A stretch of 64,000 nt of DNA, taken from contig JANWLD010000001.1 of the NCBI GenBank assembly GCA_025451045.1, forward strand, positions 5,812-69,811, written 5' to 3'. This stretch comes from Candidatus Saccharimonadales bacterium (GTDB lineage: Bacteria > Patescibacteriota > Saccharimonadia > Saccharimonadales > 2-12-FULL-41-12). Shown one piece after another: positions 52,062 through 61,829 of this stretch. Position numbers and translations under genes: made by a program. How positions within the stretch are numbered: the stretch's first letter is position 1; each line of letters opens with the position of its first letter. The notes under the pieces were generated by a model. It worked only from the letters and a program-made list of their open reading frames with translations. It was not told where the DNA came from and did not search any database.

Positions 52062-52631
52062 TTATAAGTACTGCCTAAGGTCTTGTTCGATAGTCAATTT
52101 AAGTTTTTCTTTATCGTTGGAATTGTTTTCGATAAACTCGTCGCATAACTTTTTTACCTCGCCCACTGCCAAAGTTGCTTCATCACCGTACACATTCATT
52201 TCATCCTGTTCTTCGCGCAAGAATTCCTCGTAAGTTTTGCTGTCTTCTGCGCTTCGGTTGCGACTGGTTATTCTCTTATACCTAATTTCCGGCTCAGCAT
52301 CTACCCAGACCATCACTCCGCCAAGCCGATGTATTTGTTCAACTTCGCCAATATTGCGAATGCTTGAAATAACAAGGCCTTTGTATTTTTGTGCTTCTGA
52401 ATTGAAAATCTCAATTGCTTTATCAACCAATACGGCCAATCCGAATTCGCGCCGCCATTGGTCGCCAAGCTCACGCATGTTTTCACGTTTTATCGGTTTG
52501 TTTCGTTTTTTTAGCTCATCGCGCAGGATATCAGTAACTGAAACGAACAAGTATCCCCAGTCTTCCTGCAAAATCTGGCCGACCGTATCTTTTCCGCTGC
52601 CGTTCGTCCCGGCAATCCCAATAATCTTCAT
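52062..52631 (-). CDS. P-loop nucleotide/nucleoside kinase-like protein
   Basis: 189 aa. Walker A GIAGTNGSGKDT and the overall size of the dephospho-CoA / dNMP kinase-like folds. Substrate unknown. Confidence 0.55.
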   Translation of the reverse strand: MKIIGIAGTNGSGKDTVGQILQEDWGYLFVSVTDILRDELKKRNKPIKRENMRELGDQWRREFGLAVLVDKAIEIFNSEAQKYKGLVISSIRNIGEVEQIHRLGGVMVWVDAEPEIRYKRITSRNRSAEDSKTYEEFLREEQDEMNVYGDEATLAVGEVKKLCDEFIENNSNDKEKLKLTIEQDLRQYL

Positions 52632-52656
52632 CTGTTATATTCTAACAGTAATAGCT

Positions 52657-52680
52657 TTATTTGATGTAGTCGTGGAGTTT
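52657..52680 (-). repeat. displaced duplicate of the rpoD 3' end
   Basis: Minus strand AAACTCCACGACTACATCAAATAA (KLHDYIK*) versus the real rpoD end AAACTCCACGACTATATAAAATAA (52804-52781). 22/24 identical, and both differences are synonymous. Confidence 0.75.
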
Positions 52681-52776
52681 GCCCAGTAGTGAGCTTTCGT
52701 GGATATCTCCGCCAAGTGGCGGGGATACTTGGCTTTGCACTTGCAAAGCCGCACGAAAGTCTACTACTGGGTTTGC
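52677..52776. repeat. hairpin element copy 2
   Basis: Outer stem 52682-52701 / 52752-52771. Two inner hairpins at 52705-52726 and 52731-52750. GTTTGC at both ends (52677, 52771). Confidence 0.6.
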
Positions 52777-52780
52777 AGGC

Positions 52781-53875
52781 TTATTTTATATAGTCGTGGA
52801 GTTTTTTGGCATCTTTGTGTTTTCTGAGCTTGGCTAACGCTTTGGCTTCAATCTGTCTTATACGCTCGCGGGTAACTGAAAATTCCTGGCCGACTTCTTC
52901 CAGCGTATGGCTTTTGCCATCTTCCAACCCGAAACGCAGCTTCAAAATCTTCTGTTCGCGTTCGGTCAGGCCAGAAAGCATGTCTTTAACATGTTCTTTG
53001 AGCAAACTGCCGGTTGCTGACTCTTCGGGGCTGACGGTGTCCTCGTCCTCGATGAAATCACCCAGCACACTGTCTTCTTCATCATCGCGCACACTGGCAT
53101 CCAGCGAGTGGATATCCTGCTTAATCTTCATGATGTGCTCAACCTTGGCAACATCCATTTCCATCGCTGTAGCGATTTCTTCGTTGGTCGGTTCGCGGTT
53201 AAGTTCTTGGGTCAGTCGCCTCTGAGTCCTGAGCAGTTTATTAATCGTTTCAAACATATGCACCGGAATTCGGATTACCCTAGCCTGATCGGCAATTGCG
53301 CGGGTAATCGCCTGTCTAATCCACCAAGTCGCATAAGTAGAAAATTTAAATCCTTTGTCCGGGTCAAACTTCTCTACTGCGCGAAGTAATCCCGTATTGC
53401 CTTCTTGGATAAGGTCCAAAAGATCCAATCCGCGGCCAACGTAGCGCTTGGCGATACTGACAACTAAGCGCATATTGGCTTCGGCCATCTGGTCTTTTGC
53501 CCGCTTATCACCCGCGACAACTTTTTGAGCTAGGGCCAGTTCTTCATCGGGTTTAAGCAGCGGAATCTTACCGATTTCGCGAAGGTACAAACGAACCGAA
53601 TCATCAGCGATATCATCCATGTATACCTTGTCGTCAAGCTCTAACTCTTCGCCGTCATCACCGGTCCAGTCATCGCTCATACTAACCGCGCTGCCGGTAA
53701 CCTGTATGTTCAAATCCGCGAGTTCGGAATAAAGTGAATCCAAAATTTCGGCGTTTTCCGGAGTTTCCGGAATCTTCTCAAAGATGACGTCCTGGTCAAT
53801 CTTACGGTCTTTTTTAGCTTTTTTAAGTAGTTCCTTTTTAGCTTCTTCCAGCTGTTGCTTCTTGTCTTCCGTCAT
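52781..53875 (-). CDS. rpoD: RNA polymerase primary sigma factor
   Basis: 364 aa. Regions 1.2-4.2 including [19 protein letters not shown] and the region 4 HTH. Confidence 0.95.
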   Translation of the reverse strand: MTEDKKQQLEEAKKELLKKAKKDRKIDQDVIFEKIPETPENAEILDSLYSELADLNIQVTGSAVSMSDDWTGDDGEELELDDKVYMDDIADDSVRLYLREIGKIPLLKPDEELALAQKVVAGDKRAKDQMAEANMRLVVSIAKRYVGRGLDLLDLIQEGNTGLLRAVEKFDPDKGFKFSTYATWWIRQAITRAIADQARVIRIPVHMFETINKLLRTQRRLTQELNREPTNEEIATAMEMDVAKVEHIMKIKQDIHSLDASVRDDEEDSVLGDFIEDEDTVSPEESATGSLLKEHVKDMLSGLTEREQKILKLRFGLEDGKSHTLEEVGQEFSVTRERIRQIEAKALAKLRKHKDAKKLHDYIK

Positions 53876-53883
53876 ATAAATCC

Positions 53884-55641
53884 TTACGTTTCTTTTGTCT
53901 GATTAAGTAATTTGTCCAAATCACGAACACGGGCCAAAATTTGTTCATGTTTTGCTTCGTCGGTACTGGCAAGCAGCGCCGATAATTTCTTTTTTTGGTC
54001 TTTTACAAAATATTCAATGATTTTTGCTCTCAAGCGCGCCGCTTCGTATTGAAGCTCCAGCGTATCCACTTTGGCGTAAAGTTCTTCGAACTGTAATACC
54101 AATATTTTAACATAATCGCTGATGTTCTCCAACTTAGAGAGTTTATCCGTGTCGCTGTTGAAATCCGGGTTTGCCTTCAGAAAATCCAATATTTTTACCT
54201 GTTCTGGCTTAACTAGCATATGCTCTGACAAAATATCCAGATAATTGCGTACAGTTGGCACCATCAGGCTTAGGCATAGCAACCTGTCAATCACGCGGGC
54301 CTTATCATGCTCCTCTTTGGAAATAACGTTTGAGGCCATGCTGGGTTTTTTCAATCTCTGAACAAAGTTATCTTTGGTCCCGGCCAGCTTACTGCGAAAA
54401 GCCGCGGCATCAATCCCGGACATCTCTGACACCAGTTGGACATAATGGTCTTGTTCTACCGGATCTTCAATATCTTTTATTACCGCCGTTAATTTGCCGG
54501 TAAATTTCTTCTTTCCCTGCGCGGTTTTAATATCAAACTCATCTTTGTATACATTTATCAGCCAATCGACCGCGTATTCCGCGTCAGAAATCGCCTTTTC
54601 CCATAATTTCGGGTCTTTCTTTATTAGCTCGTCAGGGTCTTTGCCCTCCGGGATACTGATGATGCTCAAATCCACGCCGGCTTTTGAGGCTACCGGTATG
54701 GCCCGCTCTGCCGCTTCCAAGCCAGCCCTGTCCTGGTCAAATGCCAGTCGGACATTGGGCGAAAATCTCGACAGTGTTTTCAGTTGGTATTCGGTCATAG
54801 CCGTCCCGGCGCTGGCTACCACTTGCTTGTACCCAGCCTGATGCGACGCGATTACATCCAAATTGCCCTCGGCAACTACTCCATAATCTTTGTCACGAAT
54901 TGCCTGTTTGGCCAGATGAAGCCCATACAAGTGCCGGCTCTTGTCATACAGCGGCGTGCTAGGCGTGTTGATATATTTCGGCGCGTTATTGTCTTCAGCC
55001 AACAATCGCGCCGTAAAGCCTATCGGATTGCCCACAGAGTCGCATAGCGGCACCATGATTCGCCCGCGAAACATATCAAACGACCGGCCGCCCCGCTTGC
55101 TACTAAGACCAGCCAGCTTCAGTTCATTCTCGCTGTAGCCTTTTTTGCGCAGGAAATTGGTTAGCGCGCTGCCATTATCAGGACTGTAGCCTAGTTGAAA
55201 ATCAAGCATTGTCTGCTTGGAAAAACCGCGTTTCTTTCTAATATACTCCAGCGCTTCTGAGTTTTGGACTAAGTGTTTTTGGTAAAATTTGACCGCTGAG
55301 CTTATGGCTCCCTGGAGTTTTTGTTTATCCACTCCGGGCTTGCCTGATGAACCGCTTTTGAACTGTTCCAAGTCCACGCCGGCCTTGCGAGCCAGCAGTT
55401 CCAACGCGCCCCTGAAATCTAATCCTTCAACCTCTTGGATAAAAGTAAACATATCGCCGCCCCTGCTGGAAGAAAAATCATGCCATATCTGCTTCTCCGG
55501 ACTAACTATAAAACTCGGCGTTTTCTCATTAGTAAACGGACTTAGCCCCTTGAAGTTGCGGCCGGTGCGTTTTAACTTCACATATTCGCTGACTACGTCC
55601 TCGATACCCAGCCGGGCCTTTACCTCACTCACCGCATCCAT
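53884..55641 (-). CDS. dnaG: DNA primase (zinc ligands of the N-terminal domain all substituted)
   Basis: 585 aa. Has NEKTPSF, the RNA-polymerase core and TOPRIM (EGNLDVIA). The zinc-ribbon positions read S34, T37, D55, S58. Confidence 0.9.
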   Translation of the reverse strand: MDAVSEVKARLGIEDVVSEYVKLKRTGRNFKGLSPFTNEKTPSFIVSPEKQIWHDFSSSRGGDMFTFIQEVEGLDFRGALELLARKAGVDLEQFKSGSSGKPGVDKQKLQGAISSAVKFYQKHLVQNSEALEYIRKKRGFSKQTMLDFQLGYSPDNGSALTNFLRKKGYSENELKLAGLSSKRGGRSFDMFRGRIMVPLCDSVGNPIGFTARLLAEDNNAPKYINTPSTPLYDKSRHLYGLHLAKQAIRDKDYGVVAEGNLDVIASHQAGYKQVVASAGTAMTEYQLKTLSRFSPNVRLAFDQDRAGLEAAERAIPVASKAGVDLSIISIPEGKDPDELIKKDPKLWEKAISDAEYAVDWLINVYKDEFDIKTAQGKKKFTGKLTAVIKDIEDPVEQDHYVQLVSEMSGIDAAAFRSKLAGTKDNFVQRLKKPSMASNVISKEEHDKARVIDRLLCLSLMVPTVRNYLDILSEHMLVKPEQVKILDFLKANPDFNSDTDKLSKLENISDYVKILVLQFEELYAKVDTLELQYEAARLRAKIIEYFVKDQKKKLSALLASTDEAKHEQILARVRDLDKLLNQTKET

Positions 55642-55648
55642 ACCTCTA

Positions 55649-55690
55649 AGGTTATAGGTTATAGGTTATAGGTTCAAGAATAAGAATTAA
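55649..55690. repeat. tandem heptad array AGGTTAT
   Basis: AGGTTAT x3 (55649-55669), then AGGTTCA, then degenerate AGAATAA GAATTAA. Starts 8 nt upstream of the dnaG ATG. Confidence 0.85.
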
Positions 55691-55732
55691 CGAGTTTCAC
55701 TTAGGCTGTACGCTTATGGTTTAATTAAAACC

Positions 55733-56713
55733 ATGGTAAAAGCATCGGAATCAGCCAAGCATGCCTATACTTACATACCGCCTTCCGTACAAAAGTCGAT
55801 GACTGAACATATGGAAAGAAACATGCCGGGGCACCTCAAAAAGTACCAGCAAGGACAAGGCCACATACCGGAGCATGTTCAAAATACCATGGCCCAGCAT
55901 CTGAACAGGAATATGCCCGGGCACATGAAGCAATATGTAAACCCTTATTTGGACCAGCAAGTGGTAAATCCTCGTGCAGGCAATAGTGTATCACCGGTGG
56001 CATCTTCTCCTTCGCGACCGGCCGTGCACCCCGCCAAAGCCCGGAGTTCCACTCGTCAAGACGATAACTTATTCGCGCCGGATCATCCTGTTACCCAGCC
56101 GCAAGAGCCTAATTCAGCCGACCAGCTGCCTGAAGCGGACAACAATCCCTATGGTTTTATTATGAATCCCCAGAAACCGCCGCGCCGTTCGTTTTCTTTC
56201 GGCGGTGGAAACAATATGGTACAGAAAATCGCAGTTATAGGCGGCGGTTTGATAGCCTTGATAATAATTTTTTCGGTGGCGTCCAGTTTCTTAAATGGCG
56301 CCGACAATGCCCAGAAAGATAAACTAATCAGCCTGGCAAATGTTCAAGCGGAAATCATCCGAATGGTAGATACCGCCAGCGAAAATCTAAGTGACCAAAG
56401 CCTTTTATATAAAGCTTCGACGGTCAAAATAAGCGTAGAATCGTCGCAAAAAGAAGTTCTTTCCGCCCTCACCGACCGTGGCAAAAAAGTAAAAGACGAA
56501 GATATAGCCGTACAGAATCCGGCAAACGACGCGGCGTTGAGTGAAGGCCAACAAAACAGCCGCTATGATGAAGCCTACAGCCAGCTTTTAGACGAACAAC
56601 TAGCCGATTACCGCCAACAGTTACAAGCCGTCTATGACTCCGGCAATCCAAACGAACAGGAAATGGCCGTTTCAGCGAACGAACAGTTAAAACTTTTGGT
56701 TACTCAAAAGTAG
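55733..56713 (+). CDS. hypothetical single-pass membrane protein with His/Met-rich N-terminal repeats
   Basis: 326 aa. Repeats EHMERNMPGHLKKY / QHLNRNMPGHMKQY, a Pro-rich linker, TM IAVIGGGLIALIIIFSVA, and a helical ectodomain. Confidence 0.5.
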   Translation: MVKASESAKHAYTYIPPSVQKSMTEHMERNMPGHLKKYQQGQGHIPEHVQNTMAQHLNRNMPGHMKQYVNPYLDQQVVNPRAGNSVSPVASSPSRPAVHPAKARSSTRQDDNLFAPDHPVTQPQEPNSADQLPEADNNPYGFIMNPQKPPRRSFSFGGGNNMVQKIAVIGGGLIALIIIFSVASSFLNGADNAQKDKLISLANVQAEIIRMVDTASENLSDQSLLYKASTVKISVESSQKEVLSALTDRGKKVKDEDIAVQNPANDAALSEGQQNSRYDEAYSQLLDEQLADYRQQLQAVYDSGNPNEQEMAVSANEQLKLLVTQK

Positions 56714-57044
56714 GCACCGAACCTTCCACTTTAGCTACTAAATTATAACTGTGCAGAATAAGCCCTTTTATGTCCTCCCACGGCAACTGGCCGGATAGAA
56801 CAATCGTATTCCAATGTTTTTTGCTCAAATGGTACCCCGGCATCACAGTTTCGTATTTGTCGCGCAAAATCTCAGAAAGTTTAGGGTCGCATTTCAGGCT
56901 TATCCGGACAGGATTCGATTTTTCCGGAATTAGGGCAAACATTTTGTCGCCGGTTTTATACACCGCGACATCCTCGCCAAATGGATAATCAAGCCTCGCA
57001 TTCGGCATCGAAAGCACATATTGTTCAACGCTTTTATGATCCAT
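56700..57044 (-). CDS. MmcQ/YjbR-family protein
   Basis: 114 aa. The pattern YPFGEDVAVYKTGDKMFAL...HLSKKHWNTIVL fits the YjbR family. Confidence 0.65.
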   Translation of the reverse strand: MDHKSVEQYVLSMPNARLDYPFGEDVAVYKTGDKMFALIPEKSNPVRISLKCDPKLSEILRDKYETVMPGYHLSKKHWNTIVLSGQLPWEDIKGLILHSYNLVAKVEGSVPTFE

Positions 57045-57095
57045 AGTCTTGGGATATTATATAGATAAATAGCAAATATATTAAACACAAGCTTG

Positions 57096-57124
57096 TTGAC
57101 AAAAAAGGTACTTTGTGCTAGACT
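57096..57124 (+). promoter_or_regulatory. promoter TTGACA-17-TGcTAGACT
   Basis: TTGACA 57096-57101, 17-nt spacer, TAGACT 57119-57124 with TG at -15/-14. Confidence 0.45.
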
Positions 57125-57158
57125 TTAGCTCAGAAAGGTCAAAATAAAAAATACAAAA

Positions 57159-57650
57159 ATGACTAGGCCAATTCAACCAGAAAACGGAAACGGTATTACT
57201 CCGGCAAACGAACCAATGCTTGCGCCGGATGTAAATTCCGAAACAGATTACACCAGATACCTCCACGGAGAAGGCGTTGTCCCTGGCTCCGAAGCCGAAC
57301 GACATATACTGGCCGGGCGCCAGCTTCATATGGATGCCAAGGCACGGGAACAAGAATTTAAAACCGGATCAAATGTTGCGGTAGCAGATGCGCCTGTAGA
57401 TATTCCGGCGGAAGAAGAGTCGTTGCTGGGCAACAGTGGCGACAGGACAGAAGCCGGACGGATTCGCAGTGCCCGCAAGGATGAACTAGCCGCTTTACCG
57501 GAAGAAAAGTTGTTTATAAAGCCAGCAGAAGCCCGAGACTTAGGCTCAAGGGCTGTCCAAAGGGCCAAAGAAGCACCGGCGGGCTCGGAAATTACTGTTA
57601 GAAAAGTAGACAAAGACTCGTCTGTATTAGACTCTAATCCAATTTTTTAA
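57159..57650 (+). CDS. hypothetical protein
   Basis: 163-aa ORF, charged and probably disordered, no family recognised. Confidence 0.4.
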   Translation: MTRPIQPENGNGITPANEPMLAPDVNSETDYTRYLHGEGVVPGSEAERHILAGRQLHMDAKAREQEFKTGSNVAVADAPVDIPAEEESLLGNSGDRTEAGRIRSARKDELAALPEEKLFIKPAEARDLGSRAVQRAKEAPAGSEITVRKVDKDSSVLDSNPIF

Positions 57651-58182
57651 GCGCTTCGATGTAATATTGCAATTCGGCTATTGAGGCTTGGATGTCGTCA
57701 AATGCCCTATGTACTTCCTTTTTGGCAAAGTTGACACTATATTTGGATTGCATCAGGATTTTAAAACTGGTTACATCCAGCATCCGGTAATGCAGAAGGT
57801 TTTCGACTTCCGGCCAGTGAGATTTGATAAAAGCCCGGTCGTTATGGATTGAATTGCCGGCTAAAATAGCCGGCTCGCGGCCAAATTGGGCTTTGATAAA
57901 GCCGACCAGTTCGTGCACTATTTCCTTCTCGTCCCTGCCCTCGTTTTTTATCCGGTCAACCAAGCCGCTAGCTTTATGCTGGGCTTTGGACCAGTCGTTC
58001 ATATTTTCTAATGATTCATTGGATTGAGCGATTGTCGACTCGTAAGAAGCCAGTGTTTTAAAATCAAAATCAGTCACCTCGCAAGCGACTTCAATAATCT
58101 TATCTTTGGCCGAATCAAGGCCGGTCATTTCCAGATCAATCCAGAGCAGTTTGGTTGGCACCAGATGCTTATCTATTTTCAT
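57634..58182 (-). CDS. orn: oligoribonuclease
   Basis: 182 aa. DEDDh exonuclease motifs LLWIDLEMTGLD and GNSIHNDRAF. Confidence 0.9.
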   Translation of the reverse strand: MKIDKHLVPTKLLWIDLEMTGLDSAKDKIIEVACEVTDFDFKTLASYESTIAQSNESLENMNDWSKAQHKASGLVDRIKNEGRDEKEIVHELVGFIKAQFGREPAILAGNSIHNDRAFIKSHWPEVENLLHYRMLDVTSFKILMQSKYSVNFAKKEVHRAFDDIQASIAELQYYIEALKKLD

Positions 58183-58214
58183 TGGGTTTAATTATAACCT
58201 GCTATGATTTATTT

Positions 58215-58931
58215 ATGCACCGGAAACTTCTTGTTGCTTCGATATTGCTTATGCTACTCGGCGGTTATTTGATCTTTTTCCGGTCGGATAGCAAAGTAGC
58301 CGCGCCGCCGCCAAACGCAGCCAGTGGCAAAACCGGTTCTATAAAACTTGGCGGCGATGAAACCGGCAAATACACCATTGATAATCAAAACAGCGTTTAT
58401 TTCATCGTTAATAAACAACGCGGACTGGATAGTAGCTTTATACCAAAAAATCTGGCAGCCATAGGTGGCAACCAGTTGCGCTCGGATGCGGCTAACGCGA
58501 TGAGCCAGTTAATCACAGCGGCCAACGTAGACAATATAAACTTCAAGATTATCAGCGGTTACCGCTCATACAATGACCAAGCCGGGGTTTATGGCGCCTA
58601 CGTTAAAAAGGACGGGGTGGCCAAGGCCGACACCTACAGCGCCCGGCCGGGCCATAGTGAACACCAGCTTGGCCTGGCCACCGACCTAGGTACTGGTACT
58701 TGCGACCTGCAAACCTGTTTTGGCGATACCGCCGGCGGTAAATGGCTACTTAAAAATTCTGCTAAATACGGCTTTATAGTCCGCTACCAAAAGGGGAAAG
58801 AAAACCTGACCGGCTACCAATACGAGCCTTGGCACATCCGTTATCTTGGTATCGGCTTGGCGACAAAAGTACACAAATCCGGCTTGACCTTAGAGCAATT
58901 CTTCGGCCTGTCGCCAGCTATTTCTTACTAG
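58215..58931 (+). CDS. D-alanyl-D-alanine carboxypeptidase (VanY/M15B family)
   Basis: ATG 58215 ([15 protein letters not shown] signal anchor) is preferred over ORF-track 58155. Motifs SGYRSY and [10 protein letters not shown]. Confidence 0.8.
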   Translation: MHRKLLVASILLMLLGGYLIFFRSDSKVAAPPPNAASGKTGSIKLGGDETGKYTIDNQNSVYFIVNKQRGLDSSFIPKNLAAIGGNQLRSDAANAMSQLITAANVDNINFKIISGYRSYNDQAGVYGAYVKKDGVAKADTYSARPGHSEHQLGLATDLGTGTCDLQTCFGDTAGGKWLLKNSAKYGFIVRYQKGKENLTGYQYEPWHIRYLGIGLATKVHKSGLTLEQFFGLSPAISY

Positions 58932-59325
58932 ATTCTTTGGGATCAAAAGCCAGACAAGCAGAATTGATGCAGTAGCGTTTACCGGTTGTATTTTTCGGGC
59001 CGTCATCAAAGACATGGCCAAGATGGCTGCCGCAATTGGCGCAAGTTACCTCAACGCGCTGTATCCCCAACGAATCATCGTCGTGCAACTTTACGGCGTC
59101 GGATTTGGCTATATCATAAAAGCTCGGCCAGCCGGAACCTGACTCAAACTTGTGGTCACTGGAAAAAAGTTCCGCTCCGCAGGCCGCGCATTTGAACATG
59201 CCTGCTCGTTTTTCATTCAAAAGTTCGCCGGTAAATGGCGTTTCAGTCCCGGATTGGCGCAAAATCCGGTACTGCTCGGGAGTCAACCGTTTCTTCCATT
59301 CTTCTTCACTCAACTGCATCGCCAT
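58918..59325 (-). CDS. msrB: peptide-methionine (R)-S-oxide reductase
   Basis: 135 aa. CxxC...CxxC zinc site and catalytic region [10 protein letters not shown]...RYCINS. Confidence 0.9.
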   Translation of the reverse strand: MAMQLSEEEWKKRLTPEQYRILRQSGTETPFTGELLNEKRAGMFKCAACGAELFSSDHKFESGSGWPSFYDIAKSDAVKLHDDDSLGIQRVEVTCANCGSHLGHVFDDGPKNTTGKRYCINSACLAFDPKESSKK

Positions 59326-59349
59326 AACTTATATTATGACAGGTCTGCT

Positions 59350-60723
59350 TTAGAAAGGTGCGTCTTCAGGATGACGCTCAATGGTTATAGGTTTATTAGC
59401 CGCCCAAGTTACGGCATTGGGGATTTGATGCCCGTACATATTTTTACAGAAGACCGTCCATTCCCGGCCGTCCGGCCCTTCAACATGGTGTGTTTCATCG
59501 GCGAAGCTTTCATATTTGTTCATAAATACGGCCTCCGGAGCAGCTCGCCAGAAGAACCCTCCGCTAGCCTCAGTGTCGCTGGCAATCAGCTCTAAAATCT
59601 GGTCGGCAATGCCGCGGCCTTGTTCGCCGGGAGTAACTGCCAATTTATCCATATAATGCGCATTGAAGCCGTCCACTTCTCTAACGATGCCAATACCGTC
59701 ATACCTTTGCGGAGTTATATAAATACTGTGTCCATCCAGTTCTAGTCGACTAAAATAATCTTCCCTCAAATGGCCGCCGAAAGCATCTTCAATCAGCTCT
59801 TGTGTTCTTTTCAAGTCCAGGCCGTTCATATTATCTGATCGACTGATAGCTATATCCCGGGTTATCAGCGTGCCAGCGCCTTCGTGGGTAAAAAGCTCTG
59901 GGATAATGAAACTCGGATGAGTAATAACACCGTCTTCCCTAACACCGTTCTCTCCCATAAGAGCCAACACTGCGCTTACTTTCTTTTCCATGCCGCCTTT
60001 AATGATGTTACTTTTTATCAACTCATCTGCTTTTTTCGCAGTAAGGTTAGGAATAATCCTGCCTGAGTCATCCATTACGCCACCGGGTTTAGTCAGGGTG
60101 ATAAATTTCTCCGGTTCCAAGATTTCAACAAGTTTAGCCGCCGCATCGTCGCCGTTAATGTTGGCGCTTTTAAGCTGGCCGCCGACCATAACCTCTCCCA
60201 AACAGGCTATTATCGGAATCTTGCCGTCTCTTACAATCCGCGCGATTCTTTCAATATCTATATCGGTAGGTGTACCTACCATACCCAATTTTTGTTCATC
60301 TTTGAGCTCCGCTTTAAAAGGCCGGCTCATAGTTGTTCCTAGTATGTTCTGGCTGGCTAAACTATTTTTTATTTCAGAGCTTACCCCCTTAAGCGCGCTT
60401 TCCACCCCTTCCATTGCAGCTGCTGAAGTTATCCTATCGCCGTCGATTCTTTCCTCAGGAATATTCCGTTCATTAAGTATTCTGTTAATTTGTGGACCGC
60501 CCCCGTGTACCAGAACCGGCAGATAGCCTAATCTGCTCAAATGTGCAACTGACCCGCTGAGCTGGTCTAAATAATCGCCTTGGGCCATTTCGCCGCCGAC
60601 TTTAATCACGGCGAATCTTTCCGGGCTGCCTTCAATAGCACCGTCTATCTGATCTAAATATTCTCCGGCTTCAGGGCCTATGGATCGTTTAAGATCGTCC
60701 CTAAACACATTTCCTGTTGACAT
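59350..60723 (-). CDS. amino-acid-kinase + GNAT fusion (N-acetylglutamate kinase/synthase-like)
   Basis: 457 aa. N-terminal AAK domain (VIKVGGE, VLVHGGGPQI) and a C-terminal acetyltransferase-like domain (QGRGIADQIL). Confidence 0.65.
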   Translation of the reverse strand: MSTGNVFRDDLKRSIGPEAGEYLDQIDGAIEGSPERFAVIKVGGEMAQGDYLDQLSGSVAHLSRLGYLPVLVHGGGPQINRILNERNIPEERIDGDRITSAAAMEGVESALKGVSSEIKNSLASQNILGTTMSRPFKAELKDEQKLGMVGTPTDIDIERIARIVRDGKIPIIACLGEVMVGGQLKSANINGDDAAAKLVEILEPEKFITLTKPGGVMDDSGRIIPNLTAKKADELIKSNIIKGGMEKKVSAVLALMGENGVREDGVITHPSFIIPELFTHEGAGTLITRDIAISRSDNMNGLDLKRTQELIEDAFGGHLREDYFSRLELDGHSIYITPQRYDGIGIVREVDGFNAHYMDKLAVTPGEQGRGIADQILELIASDTEASGGFFWRAAPEAVFMNKYESFADETHHVEGPDGREWTVFCKNMYGHQIPNAVTWAANKPITIERHPEDAPF

Positions 60724-60778
60724 ATACTAAATTATAGCACAAAAATACATTTTTGTAAATACCTTTTACTGGGGTGGG

Positions 60779-61168
60779 TCAGGTCTTTTTATCCAGTTTT
60801 TCCAGCTTTAGGGCTTTGACCGCGAAATACACAAGCGCGGCGACGGTTATGAAGCTTATCATCACAGATATAAATGCTCCGTAGGCAAATACTGCTTCTT
60901 TGGCGCCGACTGTCAGGGAAAAAGACTTTTCATTCAAATTACCACTGCCCGGAAGCACCAGTCCCAATATCGGGTTGATAAAGCTGGCTATGGTCTGGTC
61001 GACCACGGCTTTTACCTGAACACCGAGCACCAGTCCGATAGCTAGGCCGACAACTCCTTGTTTGCGGATAAAATTCATAAAGCCGTCTAATTGTGATTTG
61101 GCTTTGACGTTAACTTTTTTAGCTTTTGATTTAGCCTTGGCAGCGGCCGGTTTTAATTCTTCGGGCAT
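60779..61168 (-). CDS. mscL: large-conductance mechanosensitive channel
   Basis: 129 aa. Core FMNFIRKQGVVGLAIGLVLG...FINPILG with two TM helices and a Lys-rich N-extension. Confidence 0.8.
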   Translation of the reverse strand: MPEELKPAAAKAKSKAKKVNVKAKSQLDGFMNFIRKQGVVGLAIGLVLGVQVKAVVDQTIASFINPILGLVLPGSGNLNEKSFSLTVGAKEAVFAYGAFISVMISFITVAALVYFAVKALKLEKLDKKT

Positions 61169-61197
61169 CTTTACTCCTGATTTCTCCCACCGATTAC

Positions 61198-61827
61198 TTA
61201 TCTATTATATATAAACTTGGTGATGTCGTCCGGTTTTTTAGCGATATAGTCCGGCTTTGCCTTCTCTATGCCGGCTTTGCTTTGCAGCCCCCACGTCACG
61301 CCGATAGTATTCATTCCGGCCTTTTTGCCGGCCTCAATATCGCGTATTTCATCGCCTATCATCCACGAATCCCCAGCGGCATATTTAGACTTGAGCAATT
61401 TTTTTAAAGCGTTGGCCTTGCCGAATATCGGCGAACCCTGGAGTATCGTTACCCGGGTATTAAAACCGTTGTTTTTCAAAATTTTCGCCACTGTTTCCCG
61501 GTCATTGGAGCTGAGGATATAAATATCATTTTTTTCTGATAGTTTAGTTATGGCTTCCGGCATCCCGGCAAAAAGCTTGATGTCCGCGGCATGTTTCTTG
61601 TACTCATCCCGGCCGAGCCTGAGCAGTTTTGGCAATTGCCAGATTTTTATCTCTGCCCAGCGCATAATTTCGCGCGGACTGCTTTTTTTAAGTCGAAAAT
61701 AGTCTTTGCGGGTCAACTTTGGCCAATTATACTGTTCGGCTAGCGGCTTGTATATTTCCAGCATCACATCTTCCGCATCGGCTATGGTGCCGTCAAAGTC
61801 CAGCACTATTGCTACTTTATATTTCAT
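61198..61827 (-). CDS. HAD-superfamily hydrolase (phosphoglycolate phosphatase-like)
   Basis: 209 aa. Motif I VLDFDGTIADA and motif IV MIGDEIRD. Confidence 0.75.
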   Translation of the reverse strand: MKYKVAIVLDFDGTIADAEDVMLEIYKPLAEQYNWPKLTRKDYFRLKKSSPREIMRWAEIKIWQLPKLLRLGRDEYKKHAADIKLFAGMPEAITKLSEKNDIYILSSNDRETVAKILKNNGFNTRVTILQGSPIFGKANALKKLLKSKYAAGDSWMIGDEIRDIEAGKKAGMNTIGVTWGLQSKAGIEKAKPDYIAKKPDDITKFIYNR

Positions 61828-61829
61828 TG

